Assembly: GCA_050115495.1 (NCBI GenBank)
Contig: JASFQK010000056.1
Location: forward strand, 1-25,187
DNA length: 25,187 nt
Direction of reading: 5' to 3'
Source: Phycisphaerae bacterium
GTDB lineage: Bacteria; Planctomycetota; Phycisphaerae; UBA1845; Fen-1342
The position numbers and the translations under genes are program-made. Below are positions 6,994 through 20,532 of the stretch, in pieces (positions within the stretch are counted from its first letter, which is position 1; every line of letters begins with the position of its first letter). The notes beneath the pieces are model-generated. The model was given only the letters and a program-made list of their open reading frames with translations. It was not told the DNA's origin and made no database searches.

Positions 6994-7701
6994 CTACAAC
7001 AGCTCGGCGGGGAGGCGGATCCAGCCGCGCTGGTGCTGCTGCTCGATGGTCACGTTGGCCCAGCGGGCCCGCCGAACGAAAAACCAGTATGGGCCCATGT
7101 AGAGCCAGCGGCCGGAGCGCCAGACGTGGCGGGCCTGGCGGCGGACGCCGGCGACGAAGGACTCGGGGAAGGTCGGGGAGGAGGTGGCGCGGCAAGCGCC
7201 GCCGGTCTTGCAGAGGTACTCGACGGCGGCGCGGTGCATCTCCCAGCGCTGCCGCCCAGTGCTCTTGAGGAAGCACTGCACGAAACGACCGGGCGCGGGC
7301 GGGACGAGCACGCCGTCGCGGGCGTTGCACGTGGTCAGGCCGATGTCGCCGTCGAGAACCGTGACGAGGTCAACCACCGTGGACTTCTGCGCGCCGGTAA
7401 CGTAGAGCGCCATGTAGGTGGCGGGGATCGTACTGTGCTGCCAGCCGGCCACCGCCATGCGGAAACTGGTCTCGAGGTAGTAGCCGTCGAAGCGGAAGCC
7501 GAGCGGCTGCATCTCGGCGTCGAGGGCGGCGGTGGCGTTGACCAGGGCCGGTAGCTTGTCCAGTTCGCGCTCGCTGAGCGGGCAAAGGTCGGCGTTGCGG
7601 ATGCGGGCGAAGATGGCGCCGAGAGCGATGGCACAGAGAGCCGGAAAGGCCACGACGGCGGCGATGGTGTAGGTGATGATCTCGGTGAGATACTCGCTCA
7701 C
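6994..7701 (-). CDS. Hypothetical protein with N-terminal transmembrane helix (235 aa)
   Basis: GTG start after AGGAG; hydrophobic IITYTIAAVVAFPALCAIALGAIF; high-GC3 codon usage. Confidence 0.8.
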   Translation of the reverse strand: MSEYLTEIITYTIAAVVAFPALCAIALGAIFARIRNADLCPLSERELDKLPALVNATAALDAEMQPLGFRFDGYYLETSFRMAVAGWQHSTIPATYMALYVTGAQKSTVVDLVTVLDGDIGLTTCNARDGVLVPPAPGRFVQCFLKSTGRQRWEMHRAAVEYLCKTGGACRATSSPTFPESFVAGVRRQARHVWRSGRWLYMGPYWFFVRRARWANVTIEQQHQRGWIRLPAELL

Positions 7702-7849
7702 GAGGCGTGTCTCCTGCGGCGAGGGCGAGGGGCCGCGGCGAAACGCGTACCGGTCGCGCGGGCGGCCCGATCGGATAGCGAAATGCAGACGGCGGCGCGC
7801 GCGTCACGCGGGATGCGGAAGCGGCACGGCGCGGTGGTCATGTGGTCCC

Positions 7850-10960
<3,111 letters not shown>

Positions 10961-11016
10961 GGCGGAAGAATCCTGTGAGTACGGTTGTTCGGGATCAGAA
11001 GACGCCAGAGTCGAGC

Positions 11017-11044
11017 ATTGTACGCGGGGGGGAGGGAATGTCGA
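11017..11044 (-). promoter_or_regulatory. Candidate alaS promoter
   Basis: Minus strand TCGACA (11044-11039), 16-nt spacer, TACAAT (11022-11017), about 55 nt upstream of the alaS start. Confidence 0.55.
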
Positions 11045-11093
11045 AGGAGTCAGAAGTTGGGGGGCGGGGAGTTATCGGAGGGCGGGGGGCGGG

Positions 11094-11234
11094 CACTGGT
11101 GGGCAAGCCACCAGTGGCACCCGTGCGCGGAGCGGGCGCTGCGCGCGTTCGACGTCGGCCACGGGGGGCCGGCGCTACGTTCCCAGTCGCACGTTCGTTC
11201 GCGATCGATGGCCGACACGGAGACCGACCGCTAC
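11094..11234 (-). repeat. Mosaic REP array 4
   Basis: A 11094-11121, C 11152-11178, D 11207-11234. Confidence 0.88.
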
Positions 11235-11248
11235 GGGCCGGGTGGACG

Positions 11249-12700
11249 CTACGGGGCGAGGAGCTGGACGAAGGGGGCGATGTCGAAGTTGTTCACTTCG
11301 GTGTCGCCGTTGATGTCGGCCAGCAGGCGGTCGCAGTTCGGATACCGCTGGGCGTAGGTCGTCGGGTCGGTCAGGGCCAGGATGAAGGGGCTGATGTCGA
11401 AGTTGTTCACGATGCCGTCGCAATTGAGATCGCCGACGGCGTAGGGCACGTGGGCGTAGAAGACCATCACCGAGGGGTCGCCGGAGTTGCCCACGACGAG
11501 GTCGGGCCACTGGTCGCCGTTGATGTCGCCGAAGGCGAGGGCCGTTCCGGCGCCGGCGGAGTCGTAGACCCAGGTGGGAACGGAATCGAGGACGCCGTCG
11601 CGGTTGAGGTAGATGCGGACGTGGCCGTTGGAGAAGTGGATCTCGGCGAGGTCGTCGTCGCCGTCGCGGTCCACGTCGCAGAAACGCAGTTCGCTGTGGC
11701 CGAAGTAGGTGGCAGTGGCCTCCCAGGCGAGGGTGAGCGTGCCACCGGTGTTCGAGTAGAGGCGGGTGGGACTGCGGCCGAGGGCGAGGTCGGGCCAGTT
11801 GTTGCCGTCGACGTCGGCCCAGGCGATGCCCTTGTCGCTGTTGGTGTCGCCGGTGGTCCAGACGGAGACGTTCTGGAGGCTGCCGGCAACGTTGCGATAG
11901 ACGGCGCTGGAGAAGTTGGCCCACTTGGAGACGGCCAGGTCTTCCCAGCCGTCGCCGTCGTAATCGCCGAAAGCGAGGGCGTTCTGGATCGAAGTCTCGG
12001 CGGACTGCCAGCCGGGGACGGTGGCGAGCGTGCCGCTGTCGTTGAAGAAGGCGTACATCGGGCGGTAGGGATCGTCGGGCGAGTTGCCCTCGTTGCCGGT
12101 GACGAGGTCGATGTCGCCGTCATGGTCGAAATCGAAGAGGACCGAGCCGATGGTCCAGGCGAGTCCGGGCTCCTGGCTGAACCAGCCGGGGGTGGTGCTC
12201 GGACCGGTGGGGCTGCCCCAGTAGATGACCGAGGGCGACATGGCGAAGTCGCCGTTGGCGGCGAAAACGTCGAGGTAGGTGTCGCGGTTGATGTCGGCGA
12301 CCTGGACGTCGGTGGTGGAAAGCTCGTCGGTGGAGATCCAGGAGGGGTTGGCTTCGAGCTGGCCGCCGATGTTGAAGTAGATCAGGTTTTCCCAATCGGG
12401 GTACGGGGGATAGCTTTGCGAGTGGTAGCAGCCGACGACGACGTCGACGAGGCCGTCGCCGTTGACGTCCACGGCCTGGAGTCCGCCGACCTGAACGCGG
12501 AGGTTGTTTTGCCAGTCAGGCGTCGTGCCGTAGGGGACGTCGCGATCGCCCCGGGTGACGGTGCCGTCGGTGGGCGCCGGGCGGAGCTGGACCGTTTCCT
12601 GACCGTCGTCGGACACTTCCCAGCGGTCGACCTGAGCGTGAACCGAGCCGATGGCGAGAACGACGACCACGAACAGGCCGATGAACGTGCGGGTGCGCAT
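11249..12700 (-). CDS. Secreted FG-GAP/VCBS-repeat beta-propeller protein with C-terminal dockerin-like domain (483 aa)
   Basis: Signal peptide; seven DxNxDG/DxDxDG-type repeats (DVNGDGLVDV, DINRDTYLDV, DFDHDGDIDL, DYDGDGWEDL...); duplicated GDLNCDGIVNNFDISPF / ADINGDTEVNNFDIAPF tail; SD AAGGAG. Confidence 0.9.
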   Translation of the reverse strand: MRTRTFIGLFVVVVLAIGSVHAQVDRWEVSDDGQETVQLRPAPTDGTVTRGDRDVPYGTTPDWQNNLRVQVGGLQAVDVNGDGLVDVVVGCYHSQSYPPYPDWENLIYFNIGGQLEANPSWISTDELSTTDVQVADINRDTYLDVFAANGDFAMSPSVIYWGSPTGPSTTPGWFSQEPGLAWTIGSVLFDFDHDGDIDLVTGNEGNSPDDPYRPMYAFFNDSGTLATVPGWQSAETSIQNALAFGDYDGDGWEDLAVSKWANFSSAVYRNVAGSLQNVSVWTTGDTNSDKGIAWADVDGNNWPDLALGRSPTRLYSNTGGTLTLAWEATATYFGHSELRFCDVDRDGDDDLAEIHFSNGHVRIYLNRDGVLDSVPTWVYDSAGAGTALAFGDINGDQWPDLVVGNSGDPSVMVFYAHVPYAVGDLNCDGIVNNFDISPFILALTDPTTYAQRYPNCDRLLADINGDTEVNNFDIAPFVQLLAP

Positions 12701-12800
12701 GAATAGCTCCTTGCCCTGATGAAATGAGCATCATCCCCAGCACCCCGCATTATAACGACTGGAGGCCCCCTGCCGGCAAGAATCGTCGGCAGAACCGACA

Positions 12801-12845
12801 GAGGCCGGCCGGGCCCGCCGAGAGGCAGGGTCGCCGGCCGGCCTC
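12801..12845 (-). terminator. Strong hairpin downstream of the Cys-rich lipoprotein gene (possible terminator)
   Basis: Perfect 12-bp IR GAGGCCGGCCGG / CCGGCCGGCCTC about 20 nt after the stop; U-tract is weak. Confidence 0.45.
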
Positions 12846-12865
12846 GGGTGTTCAGCGGCAGCAGC

Positions 12866-13207
12866 CTACTTGGCGCACTTCGGGCACTTCAGGTCGGCCA
12901 TGGTCAGCTTGGCCCGGCACTCCTTGCAGACCATCTTGTCAACCGCGATGACCTTCTTGCCGCACTTGTCGCAGGTAACCGGCATGTCCGCGACGGGCGT
13001 CTTCGCGCCGCAGCGGGGGCAGCAAGCCACCATGTCGCCGGCCTTCACGTCGTGGTCGCAGCCGGGGCACTCCAACATGGTGTCGGTGGTGAAGACCATC
13101 TGCTCGCAGCCTTCGCACTTGCTCGGTCCGGCCTTCCCGCCGGCCTGGCAGCCACACAGCATCAGTGCCGCGGCCACCAACATGATCCCTACAGCAGCAT
13201 TTCGCAT
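12866..13207 (-). CDS. Small Cys-rich predicted lipoprotein with six CxxC motifs (113 aa)
   Basis: C-terminal part of track ORF 12866..14215; ATG 13207 after GGGAGGGAG; MRNAAVGIMLVAAALMLCGC lipoprotein signal; CEGC, CPGC, CPRC, CDKC, CKEC, CPKC. Confidence 0.85.
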   Translation of the reverse strand: MRNAAVGIMLVAAALMLCGCQAGGKAGPSKCEGCEQMVFTTDTMLECPGCDHDVKAGDMVACCPRCGAKTPVADMPVTCDKCGKKVIAVDKMVCKECRAKLTMADLKCPKCAK

Positions 13208-13507
13208 AGGACTCCCTCCCAATGCATTATGCACCAGGGTATCGACAACGCCCCGTTGGCGTTTTTCCACGAGAGTGTCGGGGCACCGCGCCATGCCATC
13301 AGTCCCGGGATTGATCTTCGGCCGCGCCGGGCATTGTGGCCCGGCAACCCACGCAGGAAATGCTACCCGGGCGGCCGGGGGCGGACAACAAGGCCATCGG
13401 ACCCGCGTGGTCCTGTTCGGAGGCGGGGTGGATCGCCGATAGGAGGGGTGGGCCCGCGCTTTCGCCAGCGGGCCCGGGGCCGCCCGCCGGCCGGAAAGGT
13501 GTTGACC

Positions 13508-13741
13508 ATGAGCCGTCACCACAACGCAAGGGGACGGTGGACCGGTATTGCCGGTCTGCTGCTGGCCGGGGGCATCGGGCTGCTGCTGAGCGGCTGCTCG
13601 ACACGCAACGACCCGCACTTCAACCCGTACGCCCGCTGCGGTGGCGAGCCGACCGTACTCGACCGCGTCGAGCACGCCGTCGAGGTCGTCGAGACAGCCC
13701 TCGACAACCTGGACGAACGCCAAGAGAATACGATCTACTGA
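13508..13741 (+). CDS. Small predicted lipoprotein (77 aa)
   Basis: End of track ORF 12848..13741; ATG 13508 after AAAGG; MSRHHNARGRWTGIAGLLLAGGIGLLLSGC lipobox. Confidence 0.75.
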   Translation: MSRHHNARGRWTGIAGLLLAGGIGLLLSGCSTRNDPHFNPYARCGGEPTVLDRVEHAVEVVETALDNLDERQENTIY

Positions 13742-13897
13742 ACGTGGACGGGAACCGACGGGTTCCGGCGAGTGTTCGGGTCTGCCCCGCGAGATTCTGC
13801 CTGTCGGGGCGGGGTCGGCCCGGCGCGATCGTCCACCTGATCCGGGCGGTGGTGCCGCTGGAGCCGGCGGCGCGACCGTGCGTCTGAAGTGACGGCA

Positions 13898-14737
13898 ATG
13901 CGCGTAATCTTCACCAGTGATTTCCACGGCCGCATGGCCCTGTACGCTCAACTCACCAACCTGCTGCGCGCTGAGAAGCCGGAACTGCTCATCCTCGGCG
14001 GTGATATGAACGCCGAGTGCGACCGGGCGAACCCGCAGGGCAGCCAGGTGGCCTTCGTGCAGAAGCGGCTGGCATCGATGATCGACGCGTGGAAGGCGAT
14101 GGTGCCGGGGCTGAGCGTGGCGTGCATCGCGGGCAACCACGACGTGACGCCGACGGTCGACGCCCTGGGGGCCCTGGAGCGGGCCGGCCGGGTGCACCTG
14201 CTCGATCATCGGCACGCGCCGGAGATCGGCGGCCTGTTGTGGCTCGGGCTGGCGCCGTCACCGCCGAGCCCGTTCTGGGTCAAGGATCTGGAGCGGCTGG
14301 ACTTTCCGGGCGACAACATCCCGGATTTCGACGGGGCGGTGTGGGATCCGGCCGCCGGGAAGATGCAGGACGTGACGGCGGCGGAGCACTTTCAGGCGCA
14401 GCCGACGCTGGTGGACCTGCTGCGCGAGGTGCCGGCACTCGATGGGCCGTGGGTCTTCGTCTGCCACGCACCGCCGCACGGCACGCGGCTGGACCGACTG
14501 CCGAATGTGGAGGCGCCGATCGGCTCACGGGCGGTGCGGGATTTCGTCGAGACGCAGCGTCCGCTGTGCACGCTGCACGGGCACGTGCATGAGTCGCCCC
14601 AGGTGACGGGCGAGTACATCGACCGGGTGGGGCAGACGTACGCGGTGAACCCGGGGCAGGACCACGATCGGCTACACGCGGTCGTGTTCGATACGGCGGA
14701 CGTCGTCCGGACCATACGACACACGGTGATGGGTTGA
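13898..14737 (+). CDS. Calcineurin-like metallophosphoesterase (Icc-related)
   Basis: Motifs SDFHG, GGD, GNHD, HAPP, HGHVHE, NPG. Confidence 0.92.
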   Translation: MRVIFTSDFHGRMALYAQLTNLLRAEKPELLILGGDMNAECDRANPQGSQVAFVQKRLASMIDAWKAMVPGLSVACIAGNHDVTPTVDALGALERAGRVHLLDHRHAPEIGGLLWLGLAPSPPSPFWVKDLERLDFPGDNIPDFDGAVWDPAAGKMQDVTAAEHFQAQPTLVDLLREVPALDGPWVFVCHAPPHGTRLDRLPNVEAPIGSRAVRDFVETQRPLCTLHGHVHESPQVTGEYIDRVGQTYAVNPGQDHDRLHAVVFDTADVVRTIRHTVMG

Positions 14738-15327
14738 GCGACCGCGCCGACAGGGCAGGCACGACGGCGGCACACCGGGGCATCCGGCCAAACCTGATCC
14801 TGCTGGGGTACCGAGGCTGCGGGAAGAGCACGGTGGGCCGGCTGGTCGCCCGGCGGCTGGGGTGGACGTTCGTGGATACGGACGAGCTGGTCATGTGGGC
14901 CGCGGGGCGGTCGATCGCCGAGATCTTCAAATCGGACGGGGAGGAGGTCTTTCGCGAATTGGAGAGCTGCGTCATCGAGCACGTGATCGGCGGGCAGCGC
15001 CAGGTGATCAGTGTCGGGGGCGGCGCTGTGCTGCGGGCGATCAACGCCGAGCGGCTGAGCCGGTCGGGCCTGTGCGTGTGGCTGACGGCGCCGGCGGAGG
15101 AGCTGCATCGCCGGTGCTCGCTGGATGTGCGTTCGGCGGCGCAGCGGCCGGCGCTGACGGCGGCGGTGGGGCTGGACGAGGTGCGGCACCTGCTGGCGGC
15201 GCGTGAGCCGCTGTACCGGGCGCTGGCCGACCGGGAGGTGTCCACCGTTGGGCGCACGTTCGACGAGGTGGTCGTGGATGTGTTGGCGGTAGTCCCGGGT
15301 GTGTCGGCCGGCGCGGGGGAACGGTGA
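14734..15327 (+). CDS. aroK: Shikimate kinase
   Basis: GYRGCGKSTVG P-loop, DTD, SIAEIF..DGE..FRELE, GGGAV, RP, RxPLY. Confidence 0.93.
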   Translation: MSDRADRAGTTAAHRGIRPNLILLGYRGCGKSTVGRLVARRLGWTFVDTDELVMWAAGRSIAEIFKSDGEEVFRELESCVIEHVIGGQRQVISVGGGAVLRAINAERLSRSGLCVWLTAPAEELHRRCSLDVRSAAQRPALTAAVGLDEVRHLLAAREPLYRALADREVSTVGRTFDEVVVDVLAVVPGVSAGAGER

Positions 15328-16973
15328 TGCTGGACGTGATCATCGGCATTTTCGTGCTGGCGCTGGGGCTGTGCGTGGGGAGCTTCCTGAACGTGGTCGT
15401 GTACCGACTACCGGCGGGATTGTCGGTGAGCAGCCCGGCGCGGTCGTTCTGTCCGCGATGCCGAGGGACGATCGCGTGGTACGACAATATTCCGGTGCTG
15501 AGCTGGTTGTGGCTGCGGGCGCGGTGCCGGCAGTGCGGGGCACCGATCTCGATTCAATATCCGCTCGTCGAGGCGATGACGGGGTTGTGCTTCGTGCTGG
15601 TGTACTACGCGCTGTACGCCGAACACGCCCGGGTGGGTGCGCAGCAGCCGGGGCATCCGGTCGAGTGGCCGCTATTGGCGGCGTGGCTGGTGCTGGTGGC
15701 GACGCTGATCGCGTGTGCGGCGATGGACGTGGTGTCGTACATGGTGGATGTGCGGATCACGTTCGTGGCCATGATCGCCGGTGTGGTGCTCTATGCGGGC
15801 TATCCGCGGCCGCAGTTCTGCACGGCGAGCGTGGTTTCGCCATGGGGGGCGGCGGCGGTGGTGACGGCGCTGCTGAGCGCGGTGATGCTGGTAATCTCGG
15901 CGTGGCGCGAGCCGGAGGAGGAAGAGCCTGTTGCTGAGGAAGCAGCGCCGGAGTCGACGGAGTCCGGTCCGTCGCCGGCGCTGACGGTCGCCGGCGGCGT
16001 GGCCCTGATCGTCCTGTGCCTGCTGGCGCTGTGGACGCTGGCCGAGTTGACGCTGCTCAACGTGCCGGGTCGCGATGTGGCGGCGCTGCACCTGCCAGAG
16101 AACGTCGAGGCCAGCGACGTGACGCACCACCTGGCCCACCTCAGTCAGACCTCCCACCTGGTCGTGCCGGTAGCGCTCGCGGCCCTGTTCGCCACGACCG
16201 TGCTGGTGGGCGGGCAACGGCGCGAGGCGGACGAGGAGGTACGGGCGGCCATCGAGGAAGAGCAGCCGCACGCCCGACGGGTGGTGCTTGGCGAATTGGC
16301 GTGGCTGGCGCTGCCGATCATGGGCGGGGTGGCAACGTACCTGGCCCTGCGGCACTGGCCGGGGGCGGCGGCCGGGTGGCACGCGATGGTGCAGTGGTCG
16401 CCGGGGGCGGACTTCTGCCCGATGGGCGGGGCGGCGTTTGCCCTGTACGGGGCGGTGGTCGGGGCGACCGCCGGCTGGGTGCTGCGAATCGTGTTCACGC
16501 TCGCGTTTGGGCGTGAGGCGATGGGGACGGGCGACATCTACATTCTGGCGGCGGCGGGCGCGGCCGGCGGGTGGGACATCGCCCTGTTCGGGCTGCTGCT
16601 GGCGGTGGGCATCGCGGTCGCCGGGTTCGTGCTGGGGCTGCTGCTGAAGCGCAGCGCCATCATTCCGTTCGGGCCGTGGCTGGCGCTGGGCTTCGTCGCC
16701 GCGTTGTGGCTGAACGATCCGGCGGCGGATCTGGCGGGCTTCTACTCGAAGGAAATCCTCCGCACGTGGGAGATGCGGCCGGACATCTGCCTGGTGGCCG
16801 GCGGGTTGATGCTGGTCGGCTCGGTGGTGGCCGTGGTGCTGGCTCGGTTCGTGCGGCAGTTGGTCGATGCGCCGCACGCGCTCGAAGAGTGCACCGCCGA
16901 CGGGCCGAGTGCTCCGGAATCGAACGCTGCGGATGCGGCCGAGGAAACGCCGGAAGCCGACACGAACGAATGA
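15324..16973 (+). CDS. pilD: Type IV prepilin peptidase (A24 family), unusually long (549 aa)
   Basis: GSFLNVVVYRLP, SFCPRC...WYDNIPVLSW..LRARCRQC..PIS.QYPLVE, first Asp in AMD, MGTGD, IPFGPWL. Start is GTG 15324 or ATG 15327. Confidence 0.9.
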   Translation: MMLDVIIGIFVLALGLCVGSFLNVVVYRLPAGLSVSSPARSFCPRCRGTIAWYDNIPVLSWLWLRARCRQCGAPISIQYPLVEAMTGLCFVLVYYALYAEHARVGAQQPGHPVEWPLLAAWLVLVATLIACAAMDVVSYMVDVRITFVAMIAGVVLYAGYPRPQFCTASVVSPWGAAAVVTALLSAVMLVISAWREPEEEEPVAEEAAPESTESGPSPALTVAGGVALIVLCLLALWTLAELTLLNVPGRDVAALHLPENVEASDVTHHLAHLSQTSHLVVPVALAALFATTVLVGGQRREADEEVRAAIEEEQPHARRVVLGELAWLALPIMGGVATYLALRHWPGAAAGWHAMVQWSPGADFCPMGGAAFALYGAVVGATAGWVLRIVFTLAFGREAMGTGDIYILAAAGAAGGWDIALFGLLLAVGIAVAGFVLGLLLKRSAIIPFGPWLALGFVAALWLNDPAADLAGFYSKEILRTWEMRPDICLVAGGLMLVGSVVAVVLARFVRQLVDAPHALEECTADGPSAPESNAADAAEETPEADTNE

Positions 16974-16998
16974 CTTCTCGCGGCGAATGCGGTATGCT
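16970..16998 (+). promoter_or_regulatory. Candidate internal promoter for murI
   Basis: ATGACT (16970-16975), 17-nt spacer, TATGCT (16993-16998); same -10 hexamer as two other candidates in the window. Confidence 0.4.
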
Positions 16999-17043
16999 GA
17001 CGGGTGCGGTGCGAGTTCTGACCGGTCAGCCAAGGAGGGCGAC

Positions 17044-17886
17044 GTGAGCTACCACCCGATCGCCGTTTTCGATTCCGGGTTGGGGGGACTTTCCGTGGTG
17101 CGGCATCTGCGGCAGATTCTGCCGGCGGAGGACATCGTCTACTTCGGCGATACGGCCCGCGTGCCGTACGGAACGAAATCGCGGCAGACGGTCGCGGTGT
17201 TCGCGCTCGAGGCGGCGCGGTTCCTGCTGCAATTTGAGCCGAAGCTGGTAGTCGCCGCGTGCAACACGGCGAGCGCACTGGCGATGGACGAGCTGACCTC
17301 GGAGCTGCCGACGCCGGTGATCGGCGTGGTTGAGCCGGGGGCGCAGGCCGCCGTCGAACTGGCCGGCGGTGCGCTCATCGCCATCATCGGCACGGAAGCG
17401 ACGATCGGCAGCGGGTCTTATCCAGCGGCGATCCACGCCGTCGCGCCCGAGCAGCCCGTGTTGCAGCAGGCGTGCCCACTGTTCGTGCCGCTGGTCGAAG
17501 AGGGGCGTGAGTGCGGCGATCCGCTGGTGAAGATGGCGGTGGAGGAGTACTTGTCGCCGTTGCGGGCCCGGGACGCGCGGGTCGTCATCCTGGGCTGCAC
17601 GCACTATCCCCTGCTGCGTGAGGCGATTGCGACGTTTTTCGGACCGGAAGTGCAGATCGTGGACAGCGGGCGGCAGACGTCGCTGGCCGTCGAGCGGCAC
17701 CTGCGACAGACGGGTTCCTTGTGTGGGGAGAGCCGTCGCGGTACCATGCACTGCTACGTGAGCGATAACGCGACTCGCTTTCGGCGCGTGGGGTCGCGGT
17801 TCCTGAACGAGGCATTGGAACACATTGAGTTCGTTGAACCGGAGCGGTACATCAGCACCGGCCTGCTCGAACCCAAGGCGGAGTAG
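17044..17886 (+). CDS. murI: Glutamate racemase
   Basis: PIAVFDSGLGGLSV, YFGDTARVPYG, ACNTAS, LGCTHYP; GTG 17044 after AAGGAGG. Confidence 0.96.
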   Translation: MSYHPIAVFDSGLGGLSVVRHLRQILPAEDIVYFGDTARVPYGTKSRQTVAVFALEAARFLLQFEPKLVVAACNTASALAMDELTSELPTPVIGVVEPGAQAAVELAGGALIAIIGTEATIGSGSYPAAIHAVAPEQPVLQQACPLFVPLVEEGRECGDPLVKMAVEEYLSPLRARDARVVILGCTHYPLLREAIATFFGPEVQIVDSGRQTSLAVERHLRQTGSLCGESRRGTMHCYVSDNATRFRRVGSRFLNEALEHIEFVEPERYISTGLLEPKAE

Positions 17887-18727
17887 CCGTCCGCGCCGGC
17901 TGGCTGCGCCGGCGGTGCTGCTGTGCGGCCTCGCGGCGGGGCTGTGCGGGGGTTGCAGCGACTCCAAGCTCAACAGCTTCGTCGTCAAGCTTTTCGAGCC
18001 GAAGCGCACGCCGCAGCAGCAGATGCTCATCGCGTTCGCGTCGGAGGATCCGGACCAGCGGCGGGTGGCGCTGGCCAAGGTTGCCAAGAGCAAGCAGCGC
18101 AACAGCGACTGGGCGATCAAGGGCTACATCACCATCGCCCTGCTGGACAGCGATACGCAGTCGCGCTGCGTCGCGGTGCGGGCCCTGGCGAACAGCGGCG
18201 ATCCGCGGGCGGTCGAGACACTGCTGAAGCTGCTCAACTACCGCGATTACCCGCCGCAGGAAGTGCGTCCGCCGGAGGCGCTGTGTCGCTGGGACGCGAC
18301 CAAGGCGCTGGCCGACCTGTCGGTGGCGGGGAGTGTGCCGGCCGAGCAGCGGGACCTGGCCCGGCAGACGCTTATCAACCGGCTCCAGCGGGACGTAGAC
18401 CGGAACGTGCGCATCGCCGCCGCCCGCGGCCTGAGCGTGTACCTGCACGACGACGCCCTGACGGCCCTGATCGAGCGGCTTACCGACGAGGACTTCGCCG
18501 TCGTGCACCAGTGCGAGGAGTCGCTGGTGCGGCTGACCGGACGGACGTTCCACTGCGACGCCCTGGCCTGGGCCACGTGGCACGAGGAGCATCGGGAGGA
18601 CGCCTTCGCCCACGCGAACGAGATTCCCGAGTCACGCCGTCCGCCGTACAGCAACCGGTTCGAGAAGGCCGCGTACGACGTCAAGGAATTCATGCGCTGG
18701 CTCGTGCCGGGCCGCAAGGAAAAGTAG
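17825..18727 (+). CDS. HEAT-repeat predicted lipoprotein
   Basis: Hydrophobic stretch plus GLCGGC; HEAT-like units (D.DQRRVAL, RCVAVRALA, DVDRNVRIAAARGL, LIERLTDEDFAV...L.RLTG). Start uncertain; overlaps murI. Confidence 0.8.
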   Translation: MSSLNRSGTSAPACSNPRRSSRPRRLAAPAVLLCGLAAGLCGGCSDSKLNSFVVKLFEPKRTPQQQMLIAFASEDPDQRRVALAKVAKSKQRNSDWAIKGYITIALLDSDTQSRCVAVRALANSGDPRAVETLLKLLNYRDYPPQEVRPPEALCRWDATKALADLSVAGSVPAEQRDLARQTLINRLQRDVDRNVRIAAARGLSVYLHDDALTALIERLTDEDFAVVHQCEESLVRLTGRTFHCDALAWATWHEEHREDAFAHANEIPESRRPPYSNRFEKAAYDVKEFMRWLVPGRKEK

Positions 18728-18775
18728 GCCCGCCCTGCCGGTCGGCGCCGTCGTCGCACTCGCCGAGGCGCTCCC

Positions 18776-19743
<968 letters not shown>

Positions 19744-19747
<4 letters not shown>

Positions 19748-20532
19748 TGCACGTGCTGACGGTTGCCGGCCGGCGTTATGCCCAGTGGCCCCACATGCGA
19801 GAACAGCCCGGCCTCTGCCACGCCTTCTCGACGCGGCCGGAGAACCTGTCGCCGCGATCCGGTCCGGACGAGGAGGAACGGGCGGCGCGGCGGGGGCAGA
19901 TGACCGCGGACTGGGGTTTGTCGGCGGATCGACTGCATCACTGCCAGCAAGTGCACGAGACGCGGATCGCCTTGGTCACGGAGGCGGGGCCGGCGGCGGA
20001 GCTGACCGGTTGCGACGCCGTGGTGACAACGGTGCCCAGGCTGCCGCTCATGGCCTTCTCCGCGGATTGCCCCCTGCTGCTGGTGTATGACCCGCGGCGG
20101 CGGGCACTCGGGCTGGTGCATGCGAGCTGGCGGTGCACGGTCGGCCAGCTTGTTCGGCGGCTAGTCGAGCTGCTGGTCACGCGGTGCGGCAGTGTGCCCA
20201 GCGACCTGCTGGCGGCGATCGGGCCGGGGGCCGGACCGTGCTGCTACGAAGTGCAGGACGACGTCTACGCCGCGGCGGTCGACCTGCCGCAACGGAACGA
20301 GCTGTTCCGCCGGCGGGAGGGGCGGATGTTCTTCGATCTGTGGCGGGCAAACCACGCGTTGTTGTGCGAGGCCGGCGTGCGGGCGGATAACATCGAGGCC
20401 GCCGGCGTCTGTACCATGTGTCGCAACGACCTGTTCTTCTCCTACCGGCGGGAAGGACGCGGGTGCAGCCACTTCGCCCTGCTGGCCGCCCTGCGTGAGG
20501 AGCCCGCCGACGACGGCGAGTGCGTACCGTGA
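19744..20532 (+). CDS. pgeF: PgeF/YfiH family protein (laccase-like domain, purine nucleoside phosphorylase/peptidoglycan editing)
   Basis: HAFSTR, QVH, DAVVT, ADCP, HASWR, IGPG..PCCYEV, CTMC...FFSYRR. Confidence 0.9.

Noticed and set aside
12866..13207. Multiheme cytochrome c
   Set aside because: No CxxCH; the nearest is CPGCDH.
14734..15327. Dephospho-CoA kinase (coaE often neighbours pilD)
   Set aside because: Motifs (GE..FRELE, GGG, RP) are those of shikimate kinase.
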